64,000 bases of DNA from an uncultured bacterium (GTDB lineage: Bacteria; Abyssobacteria; SURF-5). The translations under genes and the position numbers were made by a program. Shown piece by piece: positions 48,156 to 57,837 of the stretch. The notes beneath the pieces are model-generated. The model was not told where the DNA came from and ran no database searches. It worked only from the letters and a program-made list of their open reading frames with translations. The first letter of the stretch is position 1, and every line of letters begins with the position of its first letter. The stretch is taken from NCBI GenBank assembly GCA_964607485.1, contig CAZSKP010000013.1:21366-85365 (forward strand), given 5' to 3'.

Positions 48156-49316
48156 TCACAGGCCCGAGCGCTGTTTTATCTTCGCGAGCACCTCTTCGGC
48201 GATCGCCTCCGCCGCCTTGCGCGGAAGCATGCGGCGCTTGCGGCTGGCCGCTATGACGGTAGCCGTCGCGTTCCTGATCCGACGGCCTATTTCCTGCATT
48301 ATCGCCTGTGGGTCGAACGGGCACTGGCCCGACAGAAGCAGCCCGAATCCGCACGCGGCTCCGGCATTGGCGATGAAATCGGGAACCAGCGCGACGCCCA
48401 TGTGGTGCAGTTGCTTTTCCGCCTCGACGGTCACGGGAATGTTCGCCGCCTCGATCACGAGTTTCGAGGAAATTCGTCGGACGTTGTGCTTTGTTATCGT
48501 GTCGGCGATTGCTGCCGGAATCAATATGTCCGCGTCCAGCGACAGCCAATCCTCGCGCCGATGCTTCTCATAGTCGAAGTCGAGCTTGCTCCTGTCAATC
48601 GTCCCGAATTCATCCCGCGCGGCCATCAATTGCTCGAACGGCAGGCCGCCGCTCCGAAAGATTGTTCCCTCCGCGTCGGCGACGGCCACTATCTTGGCGC
48701 CCTTTTGGCTCAGAAACTCCATCGAGCTGGCCCCCACCGTGCCGAATCCCTGAATTGCGATGGCGCTCTCCAATATGTTCATGTCGAGCTGGCGGCACGC
48801 CTCCTCAGCGCACTCGGCGATGCCGTAGCCGGTCATCAGCTCTTCCAGGTTCGGGTCGTCGGATTGCAGGTCGAGATTGTCGGGCAGATCGATGGTGATT
48901 CCTCTCGAGGACATCTTCTTCTTTGCGACCGCAATCGGACTGACACCGGCGGAACGGTAGAGGTTGCCTACGTCGGCCCGCGTCGTGCCCATGTCCTCTC
49001 CCACGAGGTACATCTCGGCCAGAAGCGGCTTGATCAATTTGCCAAAATTTTTGATGACCTCCGCTTTGTCGGGCCGGCGCGGGTCGGCGTCGATGCCCGA
49101 CTTGGCGCCGCCGATGGGAATCTGAGACGCGGCGAACTTGTGCGTCATCGTCCGGGCGAGCCGTGCGACCTCGCGCTCGGTGAGGCCCTTGCGCATCCGC
49201 AGCCCGCCCGCCGAGAGTCCGTTGACGAGCGAGTCTACAACCACGAAGCCCTTGATTCCCAACGCCTCATAGTGTATCTGCAGCTTGTAGATCGGGCGCC
49301 TGACTTTTGCCGCCAT
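48156..49316 (-). CDS. Glu/Leu/Phe/Val dehydrogenase family protein
   Basis: GGLRM, LARTMTHK, GGAKSG, EDMGT, TGYG, IQGFGTVG, EAAN, PDFIANAG. Confidence 0.9.
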   Translation of the reverse strand: MAAKVRRPIYKLQIHYEALGIKGFVVVDSLVNGLSAGGLRMRKGLTEREVARLARTMTHKFAASQIPIGGAKSGIDADPRRPDKAEVIKNFGKLIKPLLAEMYLVGEDMGTTRADVGNLYRSAGVSPIAVAKKKMSSRGITIDLPDNLDLQSDDPNLEELMTGYGIAECAEEACRQLDMNILESAIAIQGFGTVGASSMEFLSQKGAKIVAVADAEGTIFRSGGLPFEQLMAARDEFGTIDRSKLDFDYEKHRREDWLSLDADILIPAAIADTITKHNVRRISSKLVIEAANIPVTVEAEKQLHHMGVALVPDFIANAGAACGFGLLLSGQCPFDPQAIMQEIGRRIRNATATVIAASRKRRMLPRKAAEAIAEEVLAKIKQRSGL

Positions 49317-49362
49317 CTGACCCTCCTATACGAGATTGTTTGGGGTGGTGGACAGACGCTGT

Positions 49363-49974
49363 TTATTTCCTTATGTGCTCGACGCCGAGTTGAAAGGCCC
49401 GCTGGTTGACCGAAAGGATCTTCTGGGGTATGACCTCCTTCAGCACGTCCGCGAACTTCTCGACGGGGATGGGCACCCAGCCCGACCCGGCCAGCGCACC
49501 GACCATGACGACGTTCGAGGCCATCGCCTCACCGGCCTCTCTCGCCAGCTCCGTGCTCTCGACGACCTTGACGGTCTCAGCCATCTCGTCCAGCCGCGCA
49601 AGAAGCACCTCCACCGGGGGATACTCCTGCGCTCCGTAGAGCACCATGAGCGGATAGTTGGGCCGAGGATTGACGATGATCTTCGTGCCGGGATTGGCGT
49701 AGGTGGCCGCCACGCGCAGGGTTTCCATCGGTTCGAGCCCGACTATTACGTGGGCCTTTCCCTCGGGAATCAACGGGCCGAACTGCGTCTCTTTGGAAAG
49801 CCTGACGTGACTCATGACGGCGCCGCCGCGCTGCGACTGGCCGTACGTTTCGCCGATGATTGCGCGCAGGCCGTCGGCAATCGCGGCGGTGGCGAGGAGG
49901 TGCGAGGCCAGAATGTTTCCCTGGCCGCCGACGCCCGTTATGATCACATTGAGACAGTCGCCGTTTGATTTCAT
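49363..49974 (-). CDS. iorB: Indolepyruvate:ferredoxin oxidoreductase beta subunit
   Basis: GVGGQGNIL, ETYGQSQRGGAVMSHVR, LEPMETLR, NVVMVGAL; ATGA overlap with the iorA stop. Confidence 0.9.
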   Translation of the reverse strand: MKSNGDCLNVIITGVGGQGNILASHLLATAAIADGLRAIIGETYGQSQRGGAVMSHVRLSKETQFGPLIPEGKAHVIVGLEPMETLRVAATYANPGTKIIVNPRPNYPLMVLYGAQEYPPVEVLLARLDEMAETVKVVESTELAREAGEAMASNVVMVGALAGSGWVPIPVEKFADVLKEVIPQKILSVNQRAFQLGVEHIRK

Positions 49975-51911
49975 GGCTGCAACTCCCCGGCCTTCTCGAC
50001 CTCGATGGCGCCCTGCGGACAGAGGTAAGCGCACACGCCGCAGCCTGTGCACACCACGTCGTCCACCTTGGCGCGCTGATTCTTCTCGTCCCATATCAGA
50101 GCCGGACACCCGAACACACGCGTGCAGAATCGCGCGCAGCCGCATTCATCTCCAAGGCATTTCTCCGGGTTAATGGTCACCTTGTCTTTCTTCTTCTTCC
50201 GGCTTTCGATCAGTCCGCACGTTCGGCGCAGGATGAGTATGCTCGATTCGTCCGCTTGCATGAGATCGTAGAGCGTTTCGACAGCCTCGTCCACCTCGAA
50301 CGGGTCGCGAATCTCGACGCGGAAGCCGAGCCCCCTGCAGACCTCTTCTATGTTCACCTGGGTCGTGGGATTGCCCTGGGCGTTGACGCCGATGCCGGGA
50401 TGCGGCTGAAAGCCGGTCATCGCGGTCGCGGCGTTGTCGAGCACGACGCTGGTGAATTTGGCTCCGTTGTAGCGTGCGTTGACGAGCGCCGGTATGGTGG
50501 CATGAAAGAAGGTGGAATCGCCCATCACCGCGACCACCGGCTGGTCGAACTCGAATTTCCCGAGGTTGCCCAGGCCGCATGCCACTCCCGCTCCGGAACC
50601 CATGCAGTGCAACGTGCGGTTGAGGAACCAGCCCGACCGTCCGGCGCCCATGCCGTAGCAGCCGATGTCGCCCAGCACGAAACCGCCCCGGCCGTCGAGC
50701 GCGAGCGCGTTCTTCATCACCCAGTAAGAAGCGCGGTGCGGGCAGCCGGCGCAGAAGGCGAGGTCGCGGGCCGCGGTGTATTCGCCCAGGAGCTTCTGCA
50801 CGCGCTCGGCGTAGTCGGGGCTTCGCGGCTTATACTCTATGCCCTTTACCTCGGCGAGCGCCTGCAGCACGATGTCGGGGTCGATTTCTCCGAGCGCCGG
50901 CCCAAACCTGCTCCTGACGTGACCGGAGCCCTTGCCGAAGAACTTGATGACCTCGAGCTCGCTGCCGATGTAGTCGGCGAGCAGGCTCTTCACGTTCTGC
51001 TCCAGGAACGGGTCGGTCTCTTCAACGAACAGCACCCGTTTGACGCCCTTGAGGTTGTCGATGATGAATTGATTGGGCAGCGGCCACGTCGTTCCGAGTT
51101 TCAGGATTCCGACCTCTTTGTCGAGCGACAGCGTGCGGACGGCCTCCAGCGAGTAAAGCCAACCGGAGCCCGAGGTGATGATGACCAATTCCGCGCCTGC
51201 GGGGCCCACATATTGGTTGAATTTGGATTTCTCGAACAGCTCGCGCGCCTTCTCCAGCTTGCCGTGGAGCACAGAGTGAGTGACCGTGCCTAACGACAGG
51301 AACCGGTCGTACGCCTCAAAGCGTGGGCTCGGACGGGCGCGGTTGATCTGGCCCAGCGAGAGGTCGCCGCGTGCGTGCGAGATGCGTGTGACGCTGCGGA
51401 TGATGCACGGCAGCTCCAGCTCCTCCGAGAGCTCGAAGGCGCGGCGTGTCATCTCCTTGGCCTCCTCGATGCTGGCAGGCTCGAGCAGAGGCGCGTCGAG
51501 CATGCGCGCGAATGCCCGCGAGTCCATCTCGTTGTTGCTGCAATGTGCGGATGGGTCGTCGGCGACGACCAGCACGAGGCCGCCCTTGTTTCCCGACATG
51601 ATGACCGACATCAAGAAGTCGGAGGCCACGTTGATGCCGTTCTGTTTCATGGCGCAGAGCGCGCGAAGCCCGGCGAACGAAGCGCCCGCCGCCGCCTCCA
51701 GCGCGACTATCTCGTTGGTGGACCATTCGGCGTGGTGCCCGAAGTTTTCGGCCACCTCCGGCAGGGCCAACGTTCCGATGATCTCGGAGGAAGGCGAGCC
51801 CGGGTATGCGGCACAGAAGCCGACCCCCGCCTCGATTGCCCCGCGGGCAATCGCCTCGTTGCCCATCATCAGGACATGTTTTCCCGGTTCATCGAGCAGA
51901 ATGCTCAACAT
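49971..51911 (-). CDS. iorA: Indolepyruvate:ferredoxin oxidoreductase alpha subunit
   Basis: MGNEAIARGA, YPGSPSSEI, STNE, MKQNG.NVASD, FCAGCPHR, GDIGCY, GDSTFFH, LDN..TAMTG.QP, C-terminal ferredoxin domain. Confidence 0.93.
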   Translation of the reverse strand: MLSILLDEPGKHVLMMGNEAIARGAIEAGVGFCAAYPGSPSSEIIGTLALPEVAENFGHHAEWSTNEIVALEAAAGASFAGLRALCAMKQNGINVASDFLMSVIMSGNKGGLVLVVADDPSAHCSNNEMDSRAFARMLDAPLLEPASIEEAKEMTRRAFELSEELELPCIIRSVTRISHARGDLSLGQINRARPSPRFEAYDRFLSLGTVTHSVLHGKLEKARELFEKSKFNQYVGPAGAELVIITSGSGWLYSLEAVRTLSLDKEVGILKLGTTWPLPNQFIIDNLKGVKRVLFVEETDPFLEQNVKSLLADYIGSELEVIKFFGKGSGHVRSRFGPALGEIDPDIVLQALAEVKGIEYKPRSPDYAERVQKLLGEYTAARDLAFCAGCPHRASYWVMKNALALDGRGGFVLGDIGCYGMGAGRSGWFLNRTLHCMGSGAGVACGLGNLGKFEFDQPVVAVMGDSTFFHATIPALVNARYNGAKFTSVVLDNAATAMTGFQPHPGIGVNAQGNPTTQVNIEEVCRGLGFRVEIRDPFEVDEAVETLYDLMQADESSILILRRTCGLIESRKKKKDKVTINPEKCLGDECGCARFCTRVFGCPALIWDEKNQRAKVDDVVCTGCGVCAYLCPQGAIEVEKAGELQP

Positions 51912-53029
51912 TATTTCGGCCCTCCTTCCGAGAACAACTTCCGCTGCTCTTCGTCGATCCTGAGGTAGAGCAGGGGAGAGCTTTCATTGCCGCGCTCGGC
52001 CAACTCCTTTATTACCCGGCGCTTCTTGGCGCTGACCGCCTCGCGCAGAATCGCCTCGCGCTCGGCGGGGAATTTCTTAGTGGCTATGGCCTTCGCCTTC
52101 AATGCGTCCTGCACGAGTTTCTCGCCCGCCTCGCTCCGAACCAGCATGGTGTTCCAGTCGTCCTGCCATTCGGTCGAGCCGAGCGAGACATCGGCAAGTT
52201 CGGCGGTCACGTCGAAACACACCTGGCAGGTGGGCCGGATGAAGCTCTTTACCTTGTCGATCGGAACCCGCGCGGTGCCGCCGTTGGTGTAAACGATGAA
52301 GTCGTCGTTCTTCGGGATGTCTATCTTCTTAATCCGCTTCAGGTCCACCTGATCGGTCAGGTAGGACGCATACCTGCGGTATTCCAGCGCCCAGAGGCAG
52401 AAGAGGCCTATCAGCAGACGGATGTTCTTCACCTCGGGACGGTCGTCGTAGCGTTGCATCTTGCGGATGGCCGTCACCTGGCAGGGCCTGCCGACCACGG
52501 CTATCTTCTCGCCCGTGCTAAGGAGTTCGTTCAACATCGACAGCGTCGGGGCGGCGGTGTATTTCGACCCGGCGCAGGCCAGCACCTCTTCCCGGTTCCG
52601 CGCCACGGCCGGCCGCGGCAGCACGCTCTTGCGGTCCGAGTACTTGGTCAAGAGCGCCGCATCGACCACGCCGCTTTCCAGCGCGTGAATCACGAGCGCC
52701 GACACCACTCCGCCATATTGGCCCGCTGCGTGGACGACTTTGTCACTCGCTTTCACCATGCTCAGCGACCGGTACGAGCCGAGCACAGGGTCGGCTCGTT
52801 TTGTTCCGAACGCCATCTCATCCAATGCGTCGAGGTCTGTCGCCGTGCGAGGACAGAAGCGGTAGCAGCGTCCGTCGCTCCGGCCGCACCGCTCGATGAT
52901 GGCGACCTTCTCCTCCATCTCCTTTATGTACGGGCACAGCCCCACGCACATTCCGCAGCCCGTGCACAGGTCGGCCTGCTGAACCTCCGCCTGAAGCTCA
53001 TCCGGCCCCTTGTTCGTCAGTTGTTCCAT
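51911..53029 (-). CDS. Coenzyme F420 hydrogenase/dehydrogenase beta-subunit family (FrhB/FdhB-like) flavo-Fe-S protein
   Basis: CTGCGMCVGLCP, GQYGGVVSAL, AGSKY, VGRPCQ, IGLFC, CQVCFDVTAELADVSLG. ATG53029 follows GGAGG. Confidence 0.88.
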   Translation of the reverse strand: MEQLTNKGPDELQAEVQQADLCTGCGMCVGLCPYIKEMEEKVAIIERCGRSDGRCYRFCPRTATDLDALDEMAFGTKRADPVLGSYRSLSMVKASDKVVHAAGQYGGVVSALVIHALESGVVDAALLTKYSDRKSVLPRPAVARNREEVLACAGSKYTAAPTLSMLNELLSTGEKIAVVGRPCQVTAIRKMQRYDDRPEVKNIRLLIGLFCLWALEYRRYASYLTDQVDLKRIKKIDIPKNDDFIVYTNGGTARVPIDKVKSFIRPTCQVCFDVTAELADVSLGSTEWQDDWNTMLVRSEAGEKLVQDALKAKAIATKKFPAEREAILREAVSAKKRRVIKELAERGNESSPLLYLRIDEEQRKLFSEGGPK

Positions 53030-53152
53030 AAATGTTACCTCCAAGCATTATGCTGGATGCGTCGGTGAAATGTTTGAGCGTCCGACGCCGCATGCGGGGT
53101 TATGTATGTTTCATACTATCGGTCCGACAACCCTTGGGGTGTTAGGTTCTAC

Positions 53153-54241
53153 CTAGAGCCGCCCCTCGCGCATAATCTTAACGCCTTTGTCGGAGAGGCG
53201 GTCGAAGAATTGGACGGGCTCGATGCACATCTCGGGGGCCATCACGCCGCGTCGCGTGATCGTACCGTCGAGCAGCATCAGCGCGCCGACTGCGCATGGG
53301 GTGGCCGTCAGCGTGCGGATGCGGTCGATCATGTTGAAAACGAGGTGGCGCTCCTGCCCGTCTTTCTTCCCGAGTATGTCGAGACGCAAACCTGAGTGTT
53401 CGACGCCGCCGACGCTGAAAAGCCCTTGAATCTTATGGATGATGGCGGCGACCGAGTCGATCCTCTTTCGCGAACTCGTGAGTCCGAGCGAGCGGATGAG
53501 GCGCAGGGACTTGTTGTTCCACGGTGGGCTGATGCCGCCCCTGACGGTGATGTTGTTTGCCTCGATCGTTTTCGGGAGGGTGATCGGTTCCGGGTGTCCG
53601 AACAGAAATGCCGGCATCTCGCCCAGCGGGGCGGGGAACTCGACCATTTCCATCTCGCTCCATGCCGGGAGCATGATGCGTTCGCCGTTCCTGAACATGG
53701 GTTTCTGGCCCGTTATTCCGTGGAGCGTGTGCTTGAGCGCGGCCAATCCCTTGGCGTCGCCCGAGCCGACGACCCAAGCGATTTTTATGTCGTCGATTTC
53801 GTCCAGAAGGTCTGCGCCCAGCCGTGCGGCGACGTTGGACATGCCCGGGTTCCATCCCATTCCCGTTATGACTGTCACTCCGTTCCGTCGGGCCGCTTCG
53901 TTGAGCGCGAACAATTTCGAGAGCGGTTCGGGGTCGTCGCAGATGTCGATGTAGTGGGTTCGGGTCTCGATGGCCGCTGTGGCAACGTTGGCGCCGTATT
54001 TATAGAAAGGCCCGGCGCAGTTTATGACGAGGTCGAAATTTTCGAAGGCGGCGGTGAGCGTCGCCCTGTTGTGCGCATCGGCCTGAAGAGCGCCGACGTA
54101 GCCTTTAAAGGTGCGGCATACCGAGCGCGCCTTGTTCAGGTCGCGGCCGGCAATTGCAACCTGATGGGAGGAAAATTCGACGAGCTTCTCGACAACGCAA
54201 CTGCCGATGTCGCCGTATCCGCCGACTACGACGATTTTCAC
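53153..54241 (-). CDS. Saccharopine dehydrogenase family NAD(P)-binding protein
   Basis: VVGGYGDIG, IAGRD, INCAGPFY, HYIDICDD, GMGWNPGMSN, GHPEPITLP, GVMAPE. Start moved to GTG54241. Confidence 0.88.
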   Translation of the reverse strand: MKIVVVGGYGDIGSCVVEKLVEFSSHQVAIAGRDLNKARSVCRTFKGYVGALQADAHNRATLTAAFENFDLVINCAGPFYKYGANVATAAIETRTHYIDICDDPEPLSKLFALNEAARRNGVTVITGMGWNPGMSNVAARLGADLLDEIDDIKIAWVVGSGDAKGLAALKHTLHGITGQKPMFRNGERIMLPAWSEMEMVEFPAPLGEMPAFLFGHPEPITLPKTIEANNITVRGGISPPWNNKSLRLIRSLGLTSSRKRIDSVAAIIHKIQGLFSVGGVEHSGLRLDILGKKDGQERHLVFNMIDRIRTLTATPCAVGALMLLDGTITRRGVMAPEMCIEPVQFFDRLSDKGVKIMREGRL

Positions 54242-54357
54242 CCTGCTTCTCGCTTCCTCAGTCCGACTACCCGGAGTTATATCACACCATTCCCCCCGTA
54301 ACATACTACCATATTTGGCTCTTTTTTTAAACCCGAAACATTATGGGGGCGGATGAT

Positions 54358-54386
54358 TTGACAAAAGTAGCGAGGTTCGCTATAAT
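54358..54386 (+). promoter_or_regulatory. Consensus sigma70 promoter of the tRNA
   Basis: Perfect TTGACA-17 nt-TATAAT. Confidence 0.85.
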
Positions 54387-54399
54387 TTTCGAGGAATAC

Positions 54400-54472
54400 G
54401 GGGATGTAGCTCAGCTGGGAGAGCGACGCGTTCGCAACGCGTAGGTCGGCGGTTCGAGCCCGCTCATCTCCA
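54400..54472 (+). tRNA. tRNA-Ala (anticodon CGC), CCA not encoded
   Basis: Acceptor stem GGGGATG/CATCTCC with G3:U70; D-arm GCTC/GAGC; anticodon stem ACGCG-TTCGCAA-CGCGT; T-loop GTTCGAG; discriminator A followed by CATTTT. Confidence 0.96.
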
Positions 54473-54594
54473 CATTTTCACAGGCAAAAGGTGGGTCCGT
54501 GTATCTGCCGGCCGACGAAGTCGTGCCGATTTTTTTTGGCTTCTCTTCGGATTTACGCGGATTACGGAGCATTGATCCGGGTTGCCCGAGCGCC

Positions 54595-54623
54595 TTGACA
54601 CATTTCGGCGCCTTTGCTATACT
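54595..54623 (+). promoter_or_regulatory. Sigma70 promoter of the por operon
   Basis: TTGACA-17 nt-TATACT with extended -10 TG. Confidence 0.75.
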
Positions 54624-54718
54624 TTGGAATCTCTTGCCGCCGCTGTGTTTCCGAGCTAAGCGGCGCGGGGCAACAGGGTAATGATTCGGCTGGCTCAGTC
54701 GAGAATGAAGGTAAGGAA

Positions 54719-55303
54719 ATGGCTGATAAGGTGGCAAAGCTGACTGAGATAAGATGGCACGCGCGCGGGGGGCAGGGCGCGAAAACCGCCTCTACCTTCC
54801 TCGCGGAGGCGGCGATCGAGGACGGGAAGTACAGTCAGGGTTTTCCCGATTACGGTCCCGAGCGCATGGGTGCTCCCATCCGGGGATTCACGCGGATCAG
54901 CGACCGCCCCATAAGGCTTCACTGCGCGATCGAAGAGCCCGACATCGTCGTCGTCCTGGACGACACACTGCTCGAGACCGTGAACGTGTGCGAGGGGCTC
55001 TCTGAAGAAGGTACCGTCATCATCAACACGAATAAGGATGCCGCGACGATCCGCAAGATGGTCAATTGGAGCGGAGAGAAGTTGTTCGTGGTCAACGCGT
55101 CGGAGATAGCGCTCGACGAGTTGGGGCGTCCTATTCCGAACACGCCGATGCTGGGTGCGCTGGTGAAGGTCGCCGGCACGATCTCGCTGGAGGTTCTGCT
55201 CGAAGATATCGCGAAGAAATTCTCGAAGAAATTCAAGAAACAGATAGTCGAAGGCAACCTCCGCGCCATCAAGCGAGCCTATGAGGAGGTTAAGTCCGTA
55301 TGA
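54719..55303 (+). CDS. porC: Pyruvate:ferredoxin oxidoreductase gamma subunit
   Basis: EIRWHARGGQGAKT, YGPERMGAP, PNTPMLGA. Start ATG54719. Confidence 0.92.
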   Translation: MADKVAKLTEIRWHARGGQGAKTASTFLAEAAIEDGKYSQGFPDYGPERMGAPIRGFTRISDRPIRLHCAIEEPDIVVVLDDTLLETVNVCEGLSEEGTVIINTNKDAATIRKMVNWSGEKLFVVNASEIALDELGRPIPNTPMLGALVKVAGTISLEVLLEDIAKKFSKKFKKQIVEGNLRAIKRAYEEVKSV

Positions 55304-55599
55304 GCGAACTCAAAGGATGGAGGGACATACCCATCGGCGGGGTCCTCCCGCACGGGGGAACCGCATTCGATTACGAGACGGGCTCGTGGCGCTCGTTCAG
55401 GCCCGTGCATGACCGCGACAAGTGCATCGACTGTCTCGATTGTTGGTTCTGCTGTCCCGACGGCGCGATAATCGCGGAGGACCAGAAGTTCAAGGGATTC
55501 GACATGGTCCATTGCAAGGGATGCGGAATCTGCTCGAAAGTGTGCCCCCCAAAGGTGGGCGCGATAACCATGAAACCCGAATCGGAATTCAGGGAATAG
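55300..55599 (+). CDS. porD: Pyruvate:ferredoxin oxidoreductase delta subunit
   Basis: TGSWRSFRP, CIDCLDCWFCCPD, CKGCGICSKVCP. Confidence 0.92.
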   Translation: MSELKGWRDIPIGGVLPHGGTAFDYETGSWRSFRPVHDRDKCIDCLDCWFCCPDGAIIAEDQKFKGFDMVHCKGCGICSKVCPPKVGAITMKPESEFRE

Positions 55600-55611
55600 C
55601 TGGAGTCGGAC

Positions 55612-56790
55612 ATGGCGAAGAGATTGGCCAACACCAGGCTGGCGCTCACGGGAAACGAAGCAGTCGCCGAAGCCTTCAAACAAGTGAATCCGGATGTCGC
55701 TGCGGTTTACCCGATTACGCCCCAGACCGAGCTGATGCATAAGTTTGCTCAGTACGTGAACGACGGCAAGGTCGACACTGAGCTCATTTATGTCGAGTCG
55801 GAACACAGCGCGATGAGCGCATCCGTGGGAGCCTCAGCCGGAGGGGTACGTGCGATCACCGCCACCTCTGCCAACGGTCTGGCGCTCATGTGGGAGATAC
55901 TCTACATAGCTTCGGGAATGAGGCTGCCGATTGTGATGGCGGTGGTGAACCGGGCCCTCAGCGGTCCCCTGAACATTCATTGCGACCACAGCGACGCGAT
56001 GGGCGCCCGCGACTCGGGGTGGATTCAACTGTTCTCGGAAAACACGCAGGAGGCTTACGACAACGCGATCCAGGCCTTCCGCATCGCCGAGCACCCCGAC
56101 GTGATGCTCCCGACGATGCTCACGCTGGATGGATTCATCATAAGCCACACGACCGAGGTGCTGGAGATTCTGCACGACGAGACGGCGAGGAAGTTTGTGG
56201 GCGAATATGAACCACAGTATACGCTCCTCAATCCTGAGCAGCCCATGACCATGGGAGCGCTGAACCTGCAGGATTATTACTTCGAGCACAAGCGCCAGCA
56301 GGTCGAAGGAATGTACAATGCCCCCCGGGTGATAGAGGAAGTCGCAAAAGAATATCACGAACTTACCGGAAGAAAGTATGAGTTCTTCGAGAACTATCGG
56401 ATGGAAGACGCCGAGGCAGCCGTCGTCGTCATGGGTTCGGCGGCCGGCACCACGAAAGAAGCGGTCGATTCGCTGCGCGACAGGGGAGTGAAGGCGGGAA
56501 TGATAAAGCTCCGCGTGTTTCGCCCGTTCCCGCATGAGCAGCTTGCCGAGGCGCTCGGCCACCTGAACTCCGTCGCCGTGCTCGACCGCGCCATATCGTT
56601 CGGCGCCCAGGGCGGGCCGGTGTACATGGAAGTCAGGTCGGCGATGTATGGAAAGGCCATTCCTGTTTTCAGTTATATTTACGGTCTCGGGGGCCGCGAC
56701 CTGTTCCCGAGCGAGATCGAGTCGGCGTACAACGACCTGTTCGAGGGAAAAAGCGACACGAGGATGCGATACCTCGGCCTGAGGGAATAA
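55612..56790 (+). CDS. porA: Pyruvate:ferredoxin oxidoreductase alpha subunit
   Basis: GNEAVA, YPITPQT, VESEHSAMS, NRALSGPLNIHCDHSD, GLGGRD. Confidence 0.94.
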   Translation: MAKRLANTRLALTGNEAVAEAFKQVNPDVAAVYPITPQTELMHKFAQYVNDGKVDTELIYVESEHSAMSASVGASAGGVRAITATSANGLALMWEILYIASGMRLPIVMAVVNRALSGPLNIHCDHSDAMGARDSGWIQLFSENTQEAYDNAIQAFRIAEHPDVMLPTMLTLDGFIISHTTEVLEILHDETARKFVGEYEPQYTLLNPEQPMTMGALNLQDYYFEHKRQQVEGMYNAPRVIEEVAKEYHELTGRKYEFFENYRMEDAEAAVVVMGSAAGTTKEAVDSLRDRGVKAGMIKLRVFRPFPHEQLAEALGHLNSVAVLDRAISFGAQGGPVYMEVRSAMYGKAIPVFSYIYGLGGRDLFPSEIESAYNDLFEGKSDTRMRYLGLRE

Positions 56791-56815
56791 TCCCCCGGAA
56801 ATCAAAGGTGGTTAC

Positions 56816-57766
56816 ATGGCTTCTGTGAAGGAATTATCGAAAAAGCGGGACATCTTCTGCAGCGGGCACCGCGCATGTTCGGGGTGCGCGCCTGCAATAA
56901 CAATGCGACAGGTCAGCCTGGCGGCGGACACGCACCTCGTGACGGGGCTATCGACCGGCTGCATGGAAGTCGTATCGACCATCTACCCGTACACGGCGTG
57001 GAGAAGCTCGTTCATACACAACGCGTTCGAAAACGTGGCGGCCACGATTTCCGGCGTGGAGACGGCCTACCGTGCGCTGAAGAGGAAGGGCAAGCTCGAC
57101 GTCGAATACCGGTTTATCGCGTTCGGCGGCGACGGCGGCACGTACGACATCGGGCTGCAATCGCTGTCGGGAGCCGTGGAGCGCGGCCACCGGATGCTGT
57201 ACGTATGCTACGACAACCAGGGCTACATGAACACCGGCATCCAGCGTTCCGGCTCGACTCCTTACGGCGCAGCCACCAGCACAACTCCCGCGGGCATCAA
57301 GATCGCCGGCAAGCAGAACTTCCAGAAGGACCTCACCGAGATTATGGTTGCGCATGAGTTGCCCTACGTGGCCCAAGCCTCGATCGGCTACTATCGCGAC
57401 CTGCTCAAGAAGGTGGAAAAGGCGCTCGCCGCCGACGGTCCATCTTTCATCAACGTGCTCGCGTGCTGCCACAGAGGGTGGCGCATCGATCCCTCCGACT
57501 CGCTCAAGTACTCGAAGCTCGCCGTGGATACCTGCCTGTGGCCCCTCTTCGAAGTCGAGAACGGCGCGTACAAGCTCTCGCGCAAGCCCCGCGAGAAGCT
57601 TCCGCTCGAGGAATGGCTCAAGGGACAGGGCCGCTTCAGCCACCTGTTCAAACCCGACAACGCGGACATGTTGAAAAAGTTCCAGGAGTACGTGGACCGA
57701 AAGTGGGACCGGCTGCTCTGGAAGTGCGGTGAGTCGAAGGACAAGTCCGGAAAAGCCGCCAAGTGA
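56816..57766 (+). CDS. porB: Pyruvate:ferredoxin oxidoreductase beta subunit
   Basis: GHRACSGC, TGCMEV, GGDGGTYDIG (TPP-binding), DNQGYMNTGIQRS. Confidence 0.94.
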   Translation: MASVKELSKKRDIFCSGHRACSGCAPAITMRQVSLAADTHLVTGLSTGCMEVVSTIYPYTAWRSSFIHNAFENVAATISGVETAYRALKRKGKLDVEYRFIAFGGDGGTYDIGLQSLSGAVERGHRMLYVCYDNQGYMNTGIQRSGSTPYGAATSTTPAGIKIAGKQNFQKDLTEIMVAHELPYVAQASIGYYRDLLKKVEKALAADGPSFINVLACCHRGWRIDPSDSLKYSKLAVDTCLWPLFEVENGAYKLSRKPREKLPLEEWLKGQGRFSHLFKPDNADMLKKFQEYVDRKWDRLLWKCGESKDKSGKAAK

Positions 57767-57837
57767 CCCTGCGCTCCCGACTCCTCTCGCTCGGGCATGA
57801 ATACCTCGCCATGCCGCGACCGTAGCATTTGCATAAC

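Noticed and set aside
51911-53029. Evidence of a methanogen or F420-reducing hydrogenase
   Set aside because: No FrhA/FrhG is adjacent, and the context is bacterial (NAD-dependent ligase, OmpA, ExbBD, sigma70 promoters).
54400-54600. Integrative element at the tRNA
   Set aside because: No integrase, no duplicated tRNA 3' end seen, and a housekeeping por operon follows.
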